The translations under genes were made by a program, and so were the position numbers. The notes beneath the pieces were generated by a model. That model worked only from the letters and a program-made list of their open reading frames with translations, did not search any database and was not told the origin of the DNA. This document shows, one piece after another, positions 1 to 17,426 of a DNA stretch of 64,000 bases (the stretch's first letter is position 1; each line of letters begins with the position of its first letter). The DNA is from the human T2T-CHM13v2.0 reference genome, Homo sapiens, in NCBI RefSeq assembly GCF_009914755.1, contig NC_060947.1, one strand, 5' to 3'.

Positions 1-1605
1 CATATTATTTGGGAAAAGGACAGAGTCATTTATTAACTTTAGAGTCTGCTACGTTAAACAAGAGTATTAACAATTTAGATATGATCACTTAAAAAGACAG
101 CAATAAAGTACACAACTTACAAACCAGTAGAGGCAAGATAATAATTGGAATAAAATATGCTACAAATCCAAAAGAAAGCAGGAAATGAGAAAAAAAAGTA
201 ATATTAAAAAAGGAGAATAGAGGAACCACAAAACTAGATGGTAGAAATAAATCCAAAAACTGTCAGTAAACATGAAAAGCAAATGGATTAAACTCATAAG
301 TTTGAAAGATTATCTAAGTGGGATTTTAAATGATATTCATAAGACTCATACCTTACCTGTAAGACACAGAAAGCTGGGCCATAAAAAAAAGTTGAAAATA
401 GATACGCCAGACAAATCTCAAGCAAATATAATGAGAGATAAACCTAATGGGAGAGGGTAACACATCTTCCTTAAAAACTGTCAGTTTAAGTATTAGAATA
501 TTAGTAAGATTACAGGAGTGATGAAAATCACAAAGAATAAATTTGATATGAGACATATTTAGAACATATGGTGGATTTCTTATCAATTACACATGGAATA
601 TTTACAGAATTGACTACATGTTAGGTGCTAAAGCAAGGATCAAAAAATTTCAAAGAATATGCATCACATATGATACAGTCTCTGAGTGCAATGCAATTTA
701 CAAATAAATAGTAAACAAACAAAAATATTAAAGGTGTGTTTAGAAATTCAAGTGCACATTTCATATTTCACTGTTCAAAGCAGAAATTATAATGGGAATA
801 GGAAGATAATTCAAATTCAATTTTAGTAAACATAGATACCACAACTTGTGAAATACACAGAAAAAGAATGTTCAGGGAAGTGTACAGCCTTAAATTTTTG
901 TATCGCAAAAGAAGAAAGCTTAAATACTGAGTCAATTATCTAACTTAAAGAAAAATTAGAAGAACAGAAAAATAATCCTAAGCCATGTGGAACGGAAGAA
1001 ATTATAAATACAAAAGTAAAAATGTTGAGTAGAAAAAATCAAATAGATCAACAGAAATAAACAGTAATCCTTTGAATTGACAAATATTTGGTAGGTTTAT
1101 CATGAAAAGAAAAAACAAAAATAAACAATACTAAGAAAGAAAAAGAGTGCTTAACTACATATGATGTAAAGATTTTTAAAATAAGGGAATACCATAAAAA
1201 CTTCACACCAACAAATTCAAAAACTTAGTCAAAATTGCCAATTTACTAGGAAATTAAAACTTCCAGAAATAACTCAGGAAGAAATGAAGCCTGATTGAAC
1301 CTATGATCATTAAAATCATTGAACCAATTGTTAAAAAAATTCTACAATCAAATAAACAAAAAAGAATGGTAATAAAAAAAACAGGAGCTAATTGTTTAAG
1401 GATCTTTCTATCAAATATTCAAGGGATGGATAATTCCAATTTTATGCAAGTTTCTCCAGAAAATAGGAAGAAAGAAACACTATCCAGGTCATTTTATGAA
1501 ACTAACATAACCTTAATACTTAATACATAAGAGAAAGAAGTACTCACAATACAAGCAAGCAAGAAAAAAATCAGCTAAAACTGTAACAAATTATTAAAGG
1601 CCAAA
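1..1605 (+). mobile_element. Ancient L1M (L1ME/MD-like) inter-ORF and degraded ORF2 endonuclease to pre-RT fragment
   Basis: A-rich, with recognisable L1 ORF2 remnants (aaatggattaaactc, aattgactacatgttagg, ccaacaaattcaaaaacttag, cattttatgaaactaacataacc); many stops and indels. Confidence 0.7.
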
Positions 1606-4130
1606 TGTGGGTTAGCATATCAGTCTGGACATATCGGTCTGGAATAGCTGTAGGCCCAAGATACAAGAGAAATTTTGAGAATGTTTTACTTGTACCTCCA
1701 CCAGGTGATCAGGAAAAAGATTGAGGGAAGGCCAGGAGATCAAAGAAAGCCCCCTTCAATGATATCGGCATGCAAAAGGTGTGTTCCTCAGAGAACAAGG
1801 ACAAAACTTCACTTGCTTACCTAGATCCTTCAGTCCTGCAAGCCAAAAGCCTTATACCACTAGGGGAGACTTAGTTAATGCTGGTGTTCTTAGGAGAGAG
1901 GCAAAGATTTATTGTCACTTCAGGGGGACTAGAAGCAATGCCCTTTATGCCTGTTGGGGTGAGTAGGAAACACTTTTTTCTCAAAAGACAAAGGAAATGA
2001 TTCATTTCTGTTGGGAGGAGTTAGAAGAAGTTTTATACTCCTAGAAGAGAAGAAGAAAACTGCTTTGAGCCCAGGATCCTACACTAATACAAAGCAAATG
2101 GATACTACTATTGAGAGAGGAGCAAGAAACTCCCACCTAAGAACAACTAGAGATACAAAGCATAGTTTGACTATCACAAAGTCAAAGGCAGAAATAAAAA
2201 CAACCCAGCCCATCCTCCCAGGTACACTGGGCCTGACCTAGACTAAGACTACACCAGGGTGAAAGAGTGTTTTTCTGTCTTCACCACAAGCCTAGTAGCT
2301 AGTAATAAGCAATGGCATTCTACCACTAGGCAAGGGGCAAGAGCATGGAGAGAGACCCCTCTGTGGCTCAGACATACAGAAATGACTAAAAGATGTGGGG
2401 TGAGCCAGAACTGAGAAAAACCTTTTGGCACTCAGTTCCCTCTTTAAGAACAAGAAAATAAGATTCCAATTCTGCAAGAATTTGAAGCCTATATTGCCCA
2501 TAAATTCTTGGCATCAACAACAAAACTCAAACTTGGCTTAGGTCGTGAGTTAACTGATCCAAAACTTAATATTAACAAGCTAACAAAGGAAGAGACATGC
2601 CCATTTTCAGACATTTAATATATTAAAAGATCTAGTGGAGAAGACAGACTACATGTGCAAACAGATAAGGAATTTCAGCAGAGAGCTGGGCACCATAAGG
2701 GTCAAATGAGACTGTGGTCCAGGAAATGTGGTCTGTCTCACTGAATACCAGTATAAATCCAGAAGATAATACATAGAGCAGCTATCTGAGGACATGAAAA
2801 TGTAAATAGTAGCAAACATATTTGAGAAAAACACTGTAGCACTGAATTAATTGTAAATTTACTTTTTTTTAAAATCTGGCACTTGCCAGACCTAGATTCA
2901 ATGACAGTAAAAAAAAAATCTAGAATTGTGCATCAGGTACAGACAGAAACACCTCCAAGAAAAATTATCCCTTACTATTCTGAGAAGAATGAAGAAAGAG
3001 ACTGCTAAGGACTAGAGACAGTAAGGGAATGCCCAGGTCGTTTTTCCCTTTTTTTAAAATCACTTTTTCTTCACCCTAGTCCCCCTTGAATGAAGCCACA
3101 CAACAAGCAGTGGGATCAATGTCTGGGAAGGTGCCTAGAACTCTAAAGAAGGAAAATTATTCTTTCTGAACAGGAAAGCTATGGTCCTAAGACCACTGGG
3201 AAAGACCTCATAGTGTTCTCTCTCTCTCTTTCTCTCTGTTCCTTTTTCTCTCTCTCCCTCCATCCTCCTCCTTCTCCTCTTCCTCCTCCTCCTCCTCCCA
3301 CTACTGCCCAGCTATGAATGCAAAAGCAGTCCCAGGAAGAATGTGAGGGGGAGTTAGGGCAAAGAGCTGGAAAGATCATAACAACTTATAGACACCTGAG
3401 CCACAGGGTAAATCATCACCTAGATCCAATGACAGATGGTTTAAAACAAAATTTCAGAATATTTGAAAACTGAACTGACTTTGGAACCGCAACACACAGA
3501 ATGCAGCAAGAATTTGTGGCCTGGACTTAACATAGTGAATTGCCTGGTAGAAAAATCACAAAAAAACACACTAACATTCTCCTTAGAATTTAAAAAAAAA
3601 GTCAAAATCTTATGACATAGGATTCACAATGTCCAGGATATAATCTAAAATTACTTGACATACATACACACACACAAACAGGAAAATCTAAACTCATATG
3701 GAAAAAGATAAACAACAAATTCCATCTCAGATGACACAGATGTTGAAATTATAAGACAAATACCTTTAAATCAACTAATACAACAATGCTCCAAGAAGTA
3801 AGTGCAAACTCACCCAATAGAAACGTATAAAGGTATAACGTTTCAGTAAATAAACAAAAAATATAAAGAAGAACACAATGGAAAATTTATAGCTAAACAA
3901 TATAATGATCAAATTGAAAAAAATACTGGATGGGATCAATTGCAGAATGGAGATGAGAGAGGAAAATCTGTAAACTTGAAGACAGAGAGACCAATATAAC
4001 CAAAAGCTAGTTATTGGAAAATATTAATAAAATTTACAATGTGTTACTCATGAAATAATAGACACATATAAAATAGAAAAGAATAGAGTTCAGAAAAAAC
4101 CATGATAAATAAGGCCAATTGACTTTTAAA
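1606..4130 (+). mobile_element. Mosaic of ancient L1M 5'UTR/ORF1/ORF2 fragments
   Basis: ORF1-like coiled-coil remnants at ~3700-3990 (ctggatgggatcaattgcagaatggagatg...aaacttgaagacag) and short ORF2-like pieces at 3990-4130; internal boundaries uncertain. Confidence 0.5.
3216..3299. repeat. (CT)n/(CCT)n polypyrimidine simple repeat
   Basis: Directly visible. Confidence 0.9.
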
Positions 4131-4164
4131 ATTATTTTTATTGTGGTAAAATATATGTCTGCCT

Positions 4165-4275
4165 GCCTGTTCCTCCAAGATTTGATTCAGTAGATGTAAA
4201 GTGGGGTCTGGACATTTTTATTGTGAAAAGTCTCCTGATGAGACCCCACCAATGCCCCACATTGAGAACCACTGA
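4165..4275. mobile_element. MER5A-like hAT-Charlie fragment
   Basis: tgattcagtag...gtgggg...ccacattgagaaccactg terminal motif. Confidence 0.7.
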
Positions 4276-4574
4276 CAGAAGATATCAAAGATGACTAAGG
4301 ACGGACAACATTTAATAATAGTATGTTTGGAAACATAGACTGGAAAGAATGTGACATTTGGAAAAAATAGAGATGTATTTATAGTGTTACAGTATGAGGT
4401 ACACAATGGGATGGCATTTGGGTGAGAATGAGGCTGATGGAAAATTAAACTAGAAATGTGATTTGGTATAATATTTTGAACAATCTTGCATGCCATGGCA
4501 TGGGATTTTGTGTTTATTCTGTAAGCACCCAGGAACCAGTGGTTATTTTGCAGCACAAATATAACAAATTGCAT

Positions 4575-4680
4575 TTATTTTTAATTAATTCAATAAATAT
4601 TTACTCGGTCCCTATTCTGGGTATTGCAGTGAGTGCTAGGCACAGGGCTACAATACAATACTAAGCAAGATAAACAGTAT
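4575..4680 (-). mobile_element. L2 3' end fragment
   Basis: attcaataaatatttactcgg...gtgctagg matches the reverse complement of the L2 tail. Confidence 0.6.
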
Positions 4681-4706
4681 AAAAATAGATAGGAGAGGGG
4701 TGGTTC

Positions 4707-4715
4707 CAAGATGGC
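4707..4715 (+). promoter_or_regulatory. L1 5' YY1 motif (CAAGATGGC)
   Basis: Canonical position at the L1 5' end; the same motif occurs at 10926 and 20531. Confidence 0.75.
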
Positions 4716-5723
4716 TGAAAATGAACATCTCCAGTCTACAGCTCCCAGTGCCAGCAACGCAGAAGATGGGTGATTTCTGCATTTCCAACAGAGGTACTGG
4801 GTTCATCTCACTGGGGCATATCAGACAGTGGGTTCAGGACAGTGGGTGAAGTCCACCGAGTGTGATCTGAAGCAGGGTGAGGCATCACCTCACCCAGGAA
4901 ACACAAGGGGTCAGGGAATTCCCTTTCCTAGCCAGGGGAAGCTGTGACAGATGGCACCTGGAAAATTGGGTCACTCCCACCCTAATATTGCACTTCACTA
5001 ACAGTCTTAGCAAATGGCACACCAGGAGATTATATCTCATGCCTGGCTCAGAGGGTCCCACACCCATGGAGCCTCGCTCATTGCTAGCACAGCAGTCTGA
5101 GATCAAACTGCAAGGTGGCAGCAAGGCTGGGGAGGGGTGCCCACCATTGCTGAGGCTTGAGTAGGTAAGCAAAGGGACTGGGAAGCTCAAACTGGGTGGA
5201 GCCCACCACAGTTAAAGGAGGCCTGCCTGCATCTGTAGACTCCACCTCTGGGGGCAGGGCATAGCCGAACAAAAGGCAGCAGAAACCTCTGCAGACTTAA
5301 ATGTCCCTGTCTGACAGATTTGAAGAGAGTAGTGGTTCTCCCAGCACAGAGTTTGAGATCTGAGAATGGACAGACCACCTCCTCAAGTGGGTCCCTGACC
5401 CCCAAGAAGCCTAACTGGGAGGCATCCCCCAGTATGGGGCAGACTGACACCTCACATGGCTGGTTACCCTGCTGAGACGAAGTTTCCAGAGGAACTATCA
5501 GGCAGTAACACTTGCTGTCCAGCAATATTCACTGTTCTGCAGCCTCCACTGCTGACACCCAGGAAAACAGGGTCTGGAGAGGACCTTCAGCAAACTCCAA
5601 CAGACCTGCAGCTGAGGGTCCTGACTGTTAGAAGGAAAACTAACAAAAAGAAAGGACACCCACACCAAAACCCCATCTGTACGTCACCATCATCAAAGAC
5701 CAAAGGTAGATAAAACCACAAAG

Positions 5724-6733
5724 ATGGGGAAAAAACAGCAGAAATGCTGAAAATTCTAAAAATCAGAGTGCCTCTCCCCCTTCAAAGGAATGCAGCTCCT
5801 CACCAGCAATGGAACAAAACTGGACAGAGAATGACTTAGATGAGTTGAGAGGAGAAGGCTTCAGACAATTAAACTTTGCTGAGCTGAAGGAGGAAGTTTG
5901 AATGCATCACAAAGAAGCTAAAAACCTTGAAAAAAGATTAGACAAAAGGCCAACTAAAATAACCAGTGCAGAGAATTCCTTAAATGACCTCATGGAGCTG
6001 AAAACCATGGCACAAGAACTACATAATGAATGCACAAGCTTCAGTAGCCGATTTGATCAACTGGAAGAAAGGGTATCAGTGATTGAAGATCAGACGAATG
6101 AAAAGAAGCAAGAAGAGAAGTTTAGAGAAAAAAGAGTGAAAAGAAATGAACAAAGCCTCCAAGAAATATGGGACTATGTGAAAAGACTAAATCTACATCT
6201 GATTGGTGTACCTGAAAGTGATGGGGAGAATGGAACCAAGTTGGAAAACACTCTTCAGGGTATTATCCAGAAGAACTTCCCAAAACTAGTAAGGCAGGTC
6301 AACATTCAAATTCAGGAAATACAGAGAAGGCCACAAAGATACTCCTCGAGAAGAGCAACTCCAAGACAAATAATTGTCAGATTCACCAAAGTTGAAATGA
6401 AGGAAAAAATGTTCAGGGCAGCCACAGAGAAAGGTCGGGTTCCCCACAAAGGGAAGCCCATCAGACTAAGAGCTGAACTCTCAGCAGAAACTCTACAAGC
6501 CAGAAGAGAGTAGGGGCCAATATTCAACATTCTTAAAGAATTTTCAACCCAGAATTTCATATCCAGCCAAACTAAGCTTCATAAGTGAAGGAGAAATAAA
6601 ATCCTTTACATACAAGCAAATGCTGAGACATTTTGTTACCACCAGGCCTGCCCTACGAGAGCTCCTGAAGGAAGCACTAAACATGCAAAGGAAAAACCGG
6701 TACCAGCCACTGCAAAAACATGCCAAATTGTAA
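5724..6733 (+). pseudogene. L1 ORF1p, disrupted
   Basis: ATG GGG AAA AAA CAG start and AAATTGTAA end; in-frame stops (5899, 6511); track ORF 5902-6513 is ORF1p coiled-coil/RRM. Confidence 0.9.
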
Positions 6734-6793
6734 AGACCATCAGTGCTAGGAAGAAACTGCATCAACTAATGAGCAAAATAACCAGCTGATATA

Positions 6794-10914
<4,121 letters not shown>

Positions 10915-11142
10915 AGAAGGTGGAGCAAGATGGCAGAATAGAAGGCTGCACTGATTGTCTCCCTCACTAGGACACCAATTTCACAACTATATACCAGCAA
11001 AAAAACTTCACAAAAAACAAAAATTGGGTGAGCTCTTATAGTACCCAGTATTAAATTCATATCCTTGAAAGAGGTGTTGAAGAGGAAGAAAAACAGTCTT
11101 GAATCACTGATGCCATCCCTCCTCCACCCTCAGCACCCTTGG

Positions 11143-11163
11143 CAGCAGCAGCAGCAGCAGCAG
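11143..11163. repeat. (CAG)7 microsatellite in L1 5'UTR
   Basis: Directly visible. Confidence 0.9.
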
Positions 11164-12200
11164 AATACTGTGCAGATTATCTTTGAGTGTTGAGGGAGGA
11201 AGAGAAGCAACTGTGAGGCATTGACCTAAGAAATGTCCTGTTGGAGCAGAAAGGAAAACCACACCAAACTCAGTTGACACTTGCCCATGGAGAGACCATT
11301 TAAGCCAGCCGTAGCAAAAGGGGAATTGCTAATCCCAGCAGTCAGAACTTGAGTTCCCACAAATCTCACTACCATGGGCTACAATTCTCTAGATCTCTAA
11401 GTAATCTTGAAAGGTAGTCTAAGCCCTAAGGACTGCAACTCTTCAGTCAGTCCTAGAGCTGACCAGGTCAAGAGGCAGTGATTTGGGGTGAGAAATGTAA
11501 CCTACTGAGACGCCAGCTAGAACAGCTAAGAAAGTGCTGTCATTACACCTCCCCTAACCCAAGGCTGCACATCTCGTGGCTCAAAAAGAGATGCCTTCCT
11601 TCCACTTGAGGACAGGAGAAGGACGAGTAGCAAGGACTTTTTTCTTGCTTCTAAAATACCAGATCAACCACAGCAGGGAACAGCACTGGACAGAGCCATG
11701 AGGCCCCCATTCAATTCCCTTGCTCCCAAATGACATTTCTAAGCAGACCATGGGTTAGAGGGGAACTCACTGCCTTGAAGGGAGGGACCCAGACCTGACA
11801 GCATTTATTATCTGTTAACTTAAGAGCGCTTGGGACCTGAATAACCAGCAGCAACATCCTGGTAACACATATAGGACCTTGGGTGAGCCACTAAGACTTT
11901 CTGGTTTCAGGTGAGAATCAGCACATTACCAGCTGTTGTTGCTAGAGGGTGAAACTCCTGCTTGAGAGAAGCAGAAAGAATAATAAAGGGGACTTTCTCT
12001 TGCTCCGTAGGTAGCAGCTTTGCACAGGAGGATAGAATACCAAGCAGACATTTGGGTTCCCCAATTTCAAAACATGGCAATTGGACAGCATTTCTGGAAC
12101 TGCCCTGAGCCAGAGGGGAACCCAAGACACTGAGGGGTGAGCCCCAGGCCAGGCAGCATTCACCACAAGATGACTGAAGAACCCTGATTTAATTTAATTT

Positions 12201-14247
12201 AGGAGGGAGCTGGTGGGAGACAATTAGATAATGGGGGCAGTTTCTCCCATACAGTTCTCATGGTAGTGAATAAGTCTCACAAAGTCTAATAATTTTATAA
12301 GGGTTTTCCCTTTTTACTTGACTCTCTCATCTGGCACCATGTAAGACGTGCCTTTTGCCTGCCATCATGATTGTGAGGCCACCCCAACCACGTGGAACTG
12401 TGAATCCATGAAACTTCTTTTTATTTATAAGGTACTCAGTCTCAGATATGTCTTTATCAACATCGTGAAAACAGACTGATGCAGTAAATTGTTATCAGAA
12501 GTGGGGTGCTGCTGTAGAGATACCTGAAATTGTGGAAACTGTGGAACTGGTTAACAGGCAAAGGTTAAAACAGTTTGGAGGGCTCAAAAGACAGAAAAGT
12601 GTAGGAAACTTTGGGGACTTGTTGAATGGCTTTCAGCAAAGTGCTGATAATGATATGGACAATAAAATCTGGACTGAGGTGGTCTCAGATAGTGATAAGG
12701 AATTTTTTGGGAACTGGAGTAAAGGTGACTCTTGCTATGTTTTAGCATAGAGACAGGTGACATTTTGCCCCTGCCCTTGAGATTTGTGGAAGTTTGAACT
12801 TGAGGGAGATGATTTAGGGTATCTGGCAGAAGAAATTTCTAAGTAGCAAAGCATTCAAGAGGTGACTTGGGTGCTGTTAAAATATTCAGTTTTAAAAGGG
12901 AAACAGCATAAAAGTTTCGAAAATTTGCAACTGATGATGTCCTAGAAAAGAAAAACCCATTTTCTGAGGATAAATTTAAGCAGGCTGCAGATATTTGCAT
13001 AAGTAATGAGGAGCCAAATGTTAATTGCCAAGACAATCGGGAAAATGTCTCCTGGGCATGTCAGAGACCTTTGTGGAAGCCCCTCCCATCACAGGCCCAA
13101 AGGCCTAGGAGGAAAAAATGGTTTCTTGGGCTGGACCCAGGGTCCCCCTTCTGTCTGCAGCCTAAGAACTTGATGCACTGCATCCCAGCCACTCCAGCCA
13201 TGGCTAAAAGGGGCCAAGGTACAGCTCAGGCCATAGCTTTAGAGGGTGCAAGCCCCAAGCCTTGGCAGCTTCCATGTAGTATTGAGCCTGTGGGTGCACA
13301 GAAGTAAGAATTGAGGTTTGGGAACCTCTGCCTAGATTTCAGAGGATGTATTGAAATGCCTGGATGTCCAGGCAGAAGTTTGCTGCAGGGGCAAGGCCTT
13401 CATGGAGAACCTCTGCTAGGGTGGTGCAGAAGGGAAATGTGGGGTTGGAGCCCCACACAGAGTCCCCACTGGGGCACTGCTTAGCAGAGCTGTAAAAAAA
13501 GGGCCACCATCCTCCAGACTCCAGAATGGTAAATCCACCAACAGTTTGCACCATGCACCTGGAAAAGCAACCAACCCTCAACACAAGCCTGTGAAAGCAG
13601 CTGGGAGGGAGGCTGTACCCTGCAAAGCCACAGGGGTGGAGCTGCCCAAAGCCATGGGAGCCCACTGCTTGCATCAGCATGACCTGGATGTGAGACAGAG
13701 TCAAAGGAGATCATTTTGGAACTTTAACTCTCACAGGAAGAAGGACTTCCTTGTCTCAGATGAAACTTTGTACTATGGACTTTTGAATTAAGCTTAAATG
13801 AGTTAAGACTTCGGGGATTTTTTGGAAAGGTATGATTGGTTTGAAATGTGAGGACATGAGATTTGGGAGGGGCCGGGGTGGAATGATATGATTTGACTGT
13901 GTTCCCACCCAAATTGCATTTTAAGTTGTAGCTCCCATAATTCCCTCATGTTGTGGGAGGAACCTCATGGGAGACAATTGAATCATGGGAGCAGTTTCCC
14001 CCATACTGTTTTCATGGTAGTGAATAGGTCTCACAAGATCTAATACTTTTATAAGTGGTATCCCTTTTAACTTGACTGTCTTATTCTCTCCTGTCTGCTG
14101 TCATGTAAGATGTGCCTTTTGCCTTCCATCATGATTGTGAGGCCTCCCCAGCCACATGGAACTGTGAGTCTATTAAAACTCTTTTTATTTATAAATTGCC
14201 CAGTCTCAGGTATCTCTTTATCAGCAGTGTGAAAATGAGCTAATACA
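12201..14247 (+). mobile_element. THE1 (THE1B/C-like) MaLR: partial 5' LTR 12201-12483, internal 12484-13883, 3' LTR 13884-14247
   Basis: Two similar LTRs ending in gactgatgca / gctaataca; 3' LTR starts tgatatg after a polypurine tract; THE1-int sequence between them with an internal deletion near 13730. Confidence 0.9.
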
Positions 14248-15923
14248 CAATTTAATAGCAGAATTGATCAAGCAGAAGTATTAGTATGGAAAAAGGCTAT
14301 TTGAAAATACACAGTAATAGGCGACAATGAAAAACAGAATAAAAAAGAATGGAGCATGTGTACAGGATCTAGAAAGTAGCCTCAAAAGGGCAAATCTAAG
14401 AGCTATTGCCCTTAAAGAAAAGGTAGAGATTGGGTAGTTTATGCAAAGAAATAATAATAGAGAATGTCTCAAACCTAGAGAAAGACACCAATATCCAAAT
14501 ACAATAAGACTATAGAACATCAAGTATATTTAATACAAGGAAGACTACTTCAGGCATTTAATAATCAAACTCCCAAAGGTGAAAGATAAAGACAGGATTA
14601 TAAAAGCAGCAAGATAAAAGAAACAACATGCAGTTGAACTTCAATACATCTGACAGCAGATTTTCAAGTGAAAACCTTACAGGCAAGGAGAGAGTGGCAT
14701 GACATATTTAAAGTGTTGAAGAAAAAATAATATTTACCCTACAGTAGTGTATCTGGCAAAAACATCTTTCAAACATGAAGAAAAAACAATTTTCCAGACA
14801 AATGAAAGCTAGGGGCTTTCATAAACACCAACTTGTCTGACAAGAAACGTTAAAAGGAGTACTTCAATAAGAAAGCACAAAACATGAAAGAGCAATAAGT
14901 AATCACCTGAAGATAAAAGAGTAAGTATTGATAATAGTACTTACCAGTAATCTCTGGTAATAGTAAGTACATATAAATACATAGAATGCTATATTACTGT
15001 AACTGTGGTGAGTTAATTATTCCTATCCTAAATAAAAAGAATATACAAGAAACCACTCAAAAATAACAACTACAAGTTTTTCAAGACATAGATACTACAA
15101 AAAGATATAAATAGTAACAAAAGAAAATTAAAAAGCAAGAGGACGAAGTTAATGCATAGAGTTTTTATTAGTTTTATTTAGCTTATTTGTTTGTTTACAT
15201 AAAAGTGTCAAGTCCTTACCATATAAAAAATAATTCATTATAAAATAGTATTTGCAAGCCTCATGGTAACCTAAAACAAAAAAATACAATAGATACCCAA
15301 AAATAAAAAGCAAGAAACTAAGTCATATCACATGAGAAAGTCACCTTCACTGAAAGATGACAGGAAGGAAACAAAGAAGGAAGAGAAGACCACAAAACAA
15401 CCAGAAAAAAAAAATGACAGGAGTAAGTCTTTACTTAACAATAATAACATGGAACGTGAGTAGATTAAACTCTCCAGTCAAAAGACATAGACTGGCTGAC
15501 TGAATGAAAAAAACAAGACCCACTGATCTGTGCGTGTAAGAAACACACTTTACTTATAAAGACACACATACACTAAAAATAAAGGGATCGAAAATATTCC
15601 ATTTTAACAGAAGCCAAGGAAGTGCAGAATTAACTACATTTATGTCAGACAAAATAGATTTCAAGACAAAAACTGTAAGACTAACAAAAGAAGGTCATTA
15701 TATAATGATAAATAGGTCAATTCAGCAAGAAGATATAACAGTTTTGAATATATAAGAACCCAATATTGGAGCACCCAGATACATAACACAATTATTATTA
15801 GAACTAAAAAGAGTGATAGGCCACAATACAGAAATAGCTTGAGTCTTCAAATTCCCACATTAAAAATTGGACAGATTCTATAGCAGAAAATCAACAAGGA
15901 AATATTAAAATTAATCTGCACTT

Positions 15924-16229
15924 GACTAGGTGCAGGGCCTCGCGCCTGTAATCTTAGCACTTTGGGACATTGAAGAAGGTGGATTGCCTGAGCTTAGGAG
16001 TTTGAGACCAGCTTGGGCAACATGATGAGAAATCATCTCTACTAAAGTAGAAAAAATTAGACAGACCAGGTGGCACACACCTGTAGTACCAGCTACTCAG
16101 GAGGCTGAAGCACAAGAATTGCTTAAACCTGGGAGAGAGAGGTTGCAGTCAGCCAAGATCACACCACTGCACTCCAGTCTGGGTGACAGAGTGAGAGTCT
16201 GTCTCAAAAAATAATAATAATAATAATAA
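15924..16229 (+). mobile_element. Old Alu (AluJb/S) in L1MA ORF2
   Basis: Dimeric Alu, (AAT)n tail, TSD aattaatct(g/a)cact. Confidence 0.9.
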
Positions 16230-17426
16230 TTAATCTACACTATAGATCAAATGAATCTAATAGATATTTACAAGAACATTTTATGTAACAGCTGCAGAAT
16301 ACACAGCATTTTTTTCCCAGCAAATAAATTATTCTCAAGGATGAGCCATATGTTAGGTCTGAAACAAGTCTTAAAGCATTCAAAAAATTGAAATAATATA
16401 GAGCATCTTATTTGGCCAAAATGGAGTTAATGTAGAAATTAAAAACAAGAAAAAATTTGGAAATTATACAAACACATGAAAATTAAATGATGTGGTCCTG
16501 AATGACTAGTAGTCAATGAGGAAATCAAGAAAGAAATTGAAAAATTTTTGAATCAATTGGTAACAGAAAGACAACACACCAAAACCTATGGGATACAACA
16601 AAGGTGGTACTAAGAGGGAAGTTTATAGCTATAAGTTCCTTTATCAAAAAGGAGAAAAAGCTATAAATAAACAACTTAATGATGCATCTTAAAAAATAGC
16701 AAAGCAAGAGCAAACAATACCTAAAATTAGTAGAAGAAAAGAAATAATAAAGGCCAGGGCAGAAATCAATGAAATTGAAATGAAGAAAATGATAAAAAAG
16801 ATCAATTAAACAAAAACTTGATTTTCTGAAAGTTAAACAAACTTGACAAATTTTTAGCCAGAGTAAGAAAAGAAGAGAGACACAAATAAATAATATCAAA
16901 AATAAAAATGGAGACATTACAACTGATACTGCTGATGTTCAAAGGCCCATTACTGGATACTGTGAGCAACTATATGCCAATAAATTAAAAAATCTAGGAG
17001 AAATGGACACATTCCTAGACACTTAAAACCTACCAAGATTAAACCAGGAAGAAATTCAAAACCTCAAAAGACCAATAACCAGTAATGAGATTGAAGCCTT
17101 AATAGAAATTATCCCAGTAAAGAAAAGCCCAGGACCTGATGGCTTCACTGCTGAATTCTACCAAATATTAAAAGAATTAATATCAATCTTACTCAAACTA
17201 TTTCAAAAAATAGTTTTTTTGAAATATTTTTTAGAGAAGAAGGAAATACTTCCAAATTCATTCTACAAGGCCAGTATTACCCTGATACTAAAACCAGGCA
17301 AAGACACATCAATAAAATAAAAACACAGGCCAATATCTCTGATTAATACTTATGCAAAAATTCTCAACAAAATACTAACAATCTAAATTTAACAATACAT
17401 TAGAAAAATTATTCATTATGACCAAG

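Noticed and set aside
1616-1645. 14-bp tandem duplication catatc(a/g)gtctgga, and similar small duplications near 33828 and 45425
   Set aside because: Ordinary slippage-type duplications in neutral repeats; two copies with no spacers, not CRISPR-like
11143-11163. (CAG)7 as a polyQ or expansion locus
   Set aside because: Short and located in a dead L1 5'UTR with no coding context
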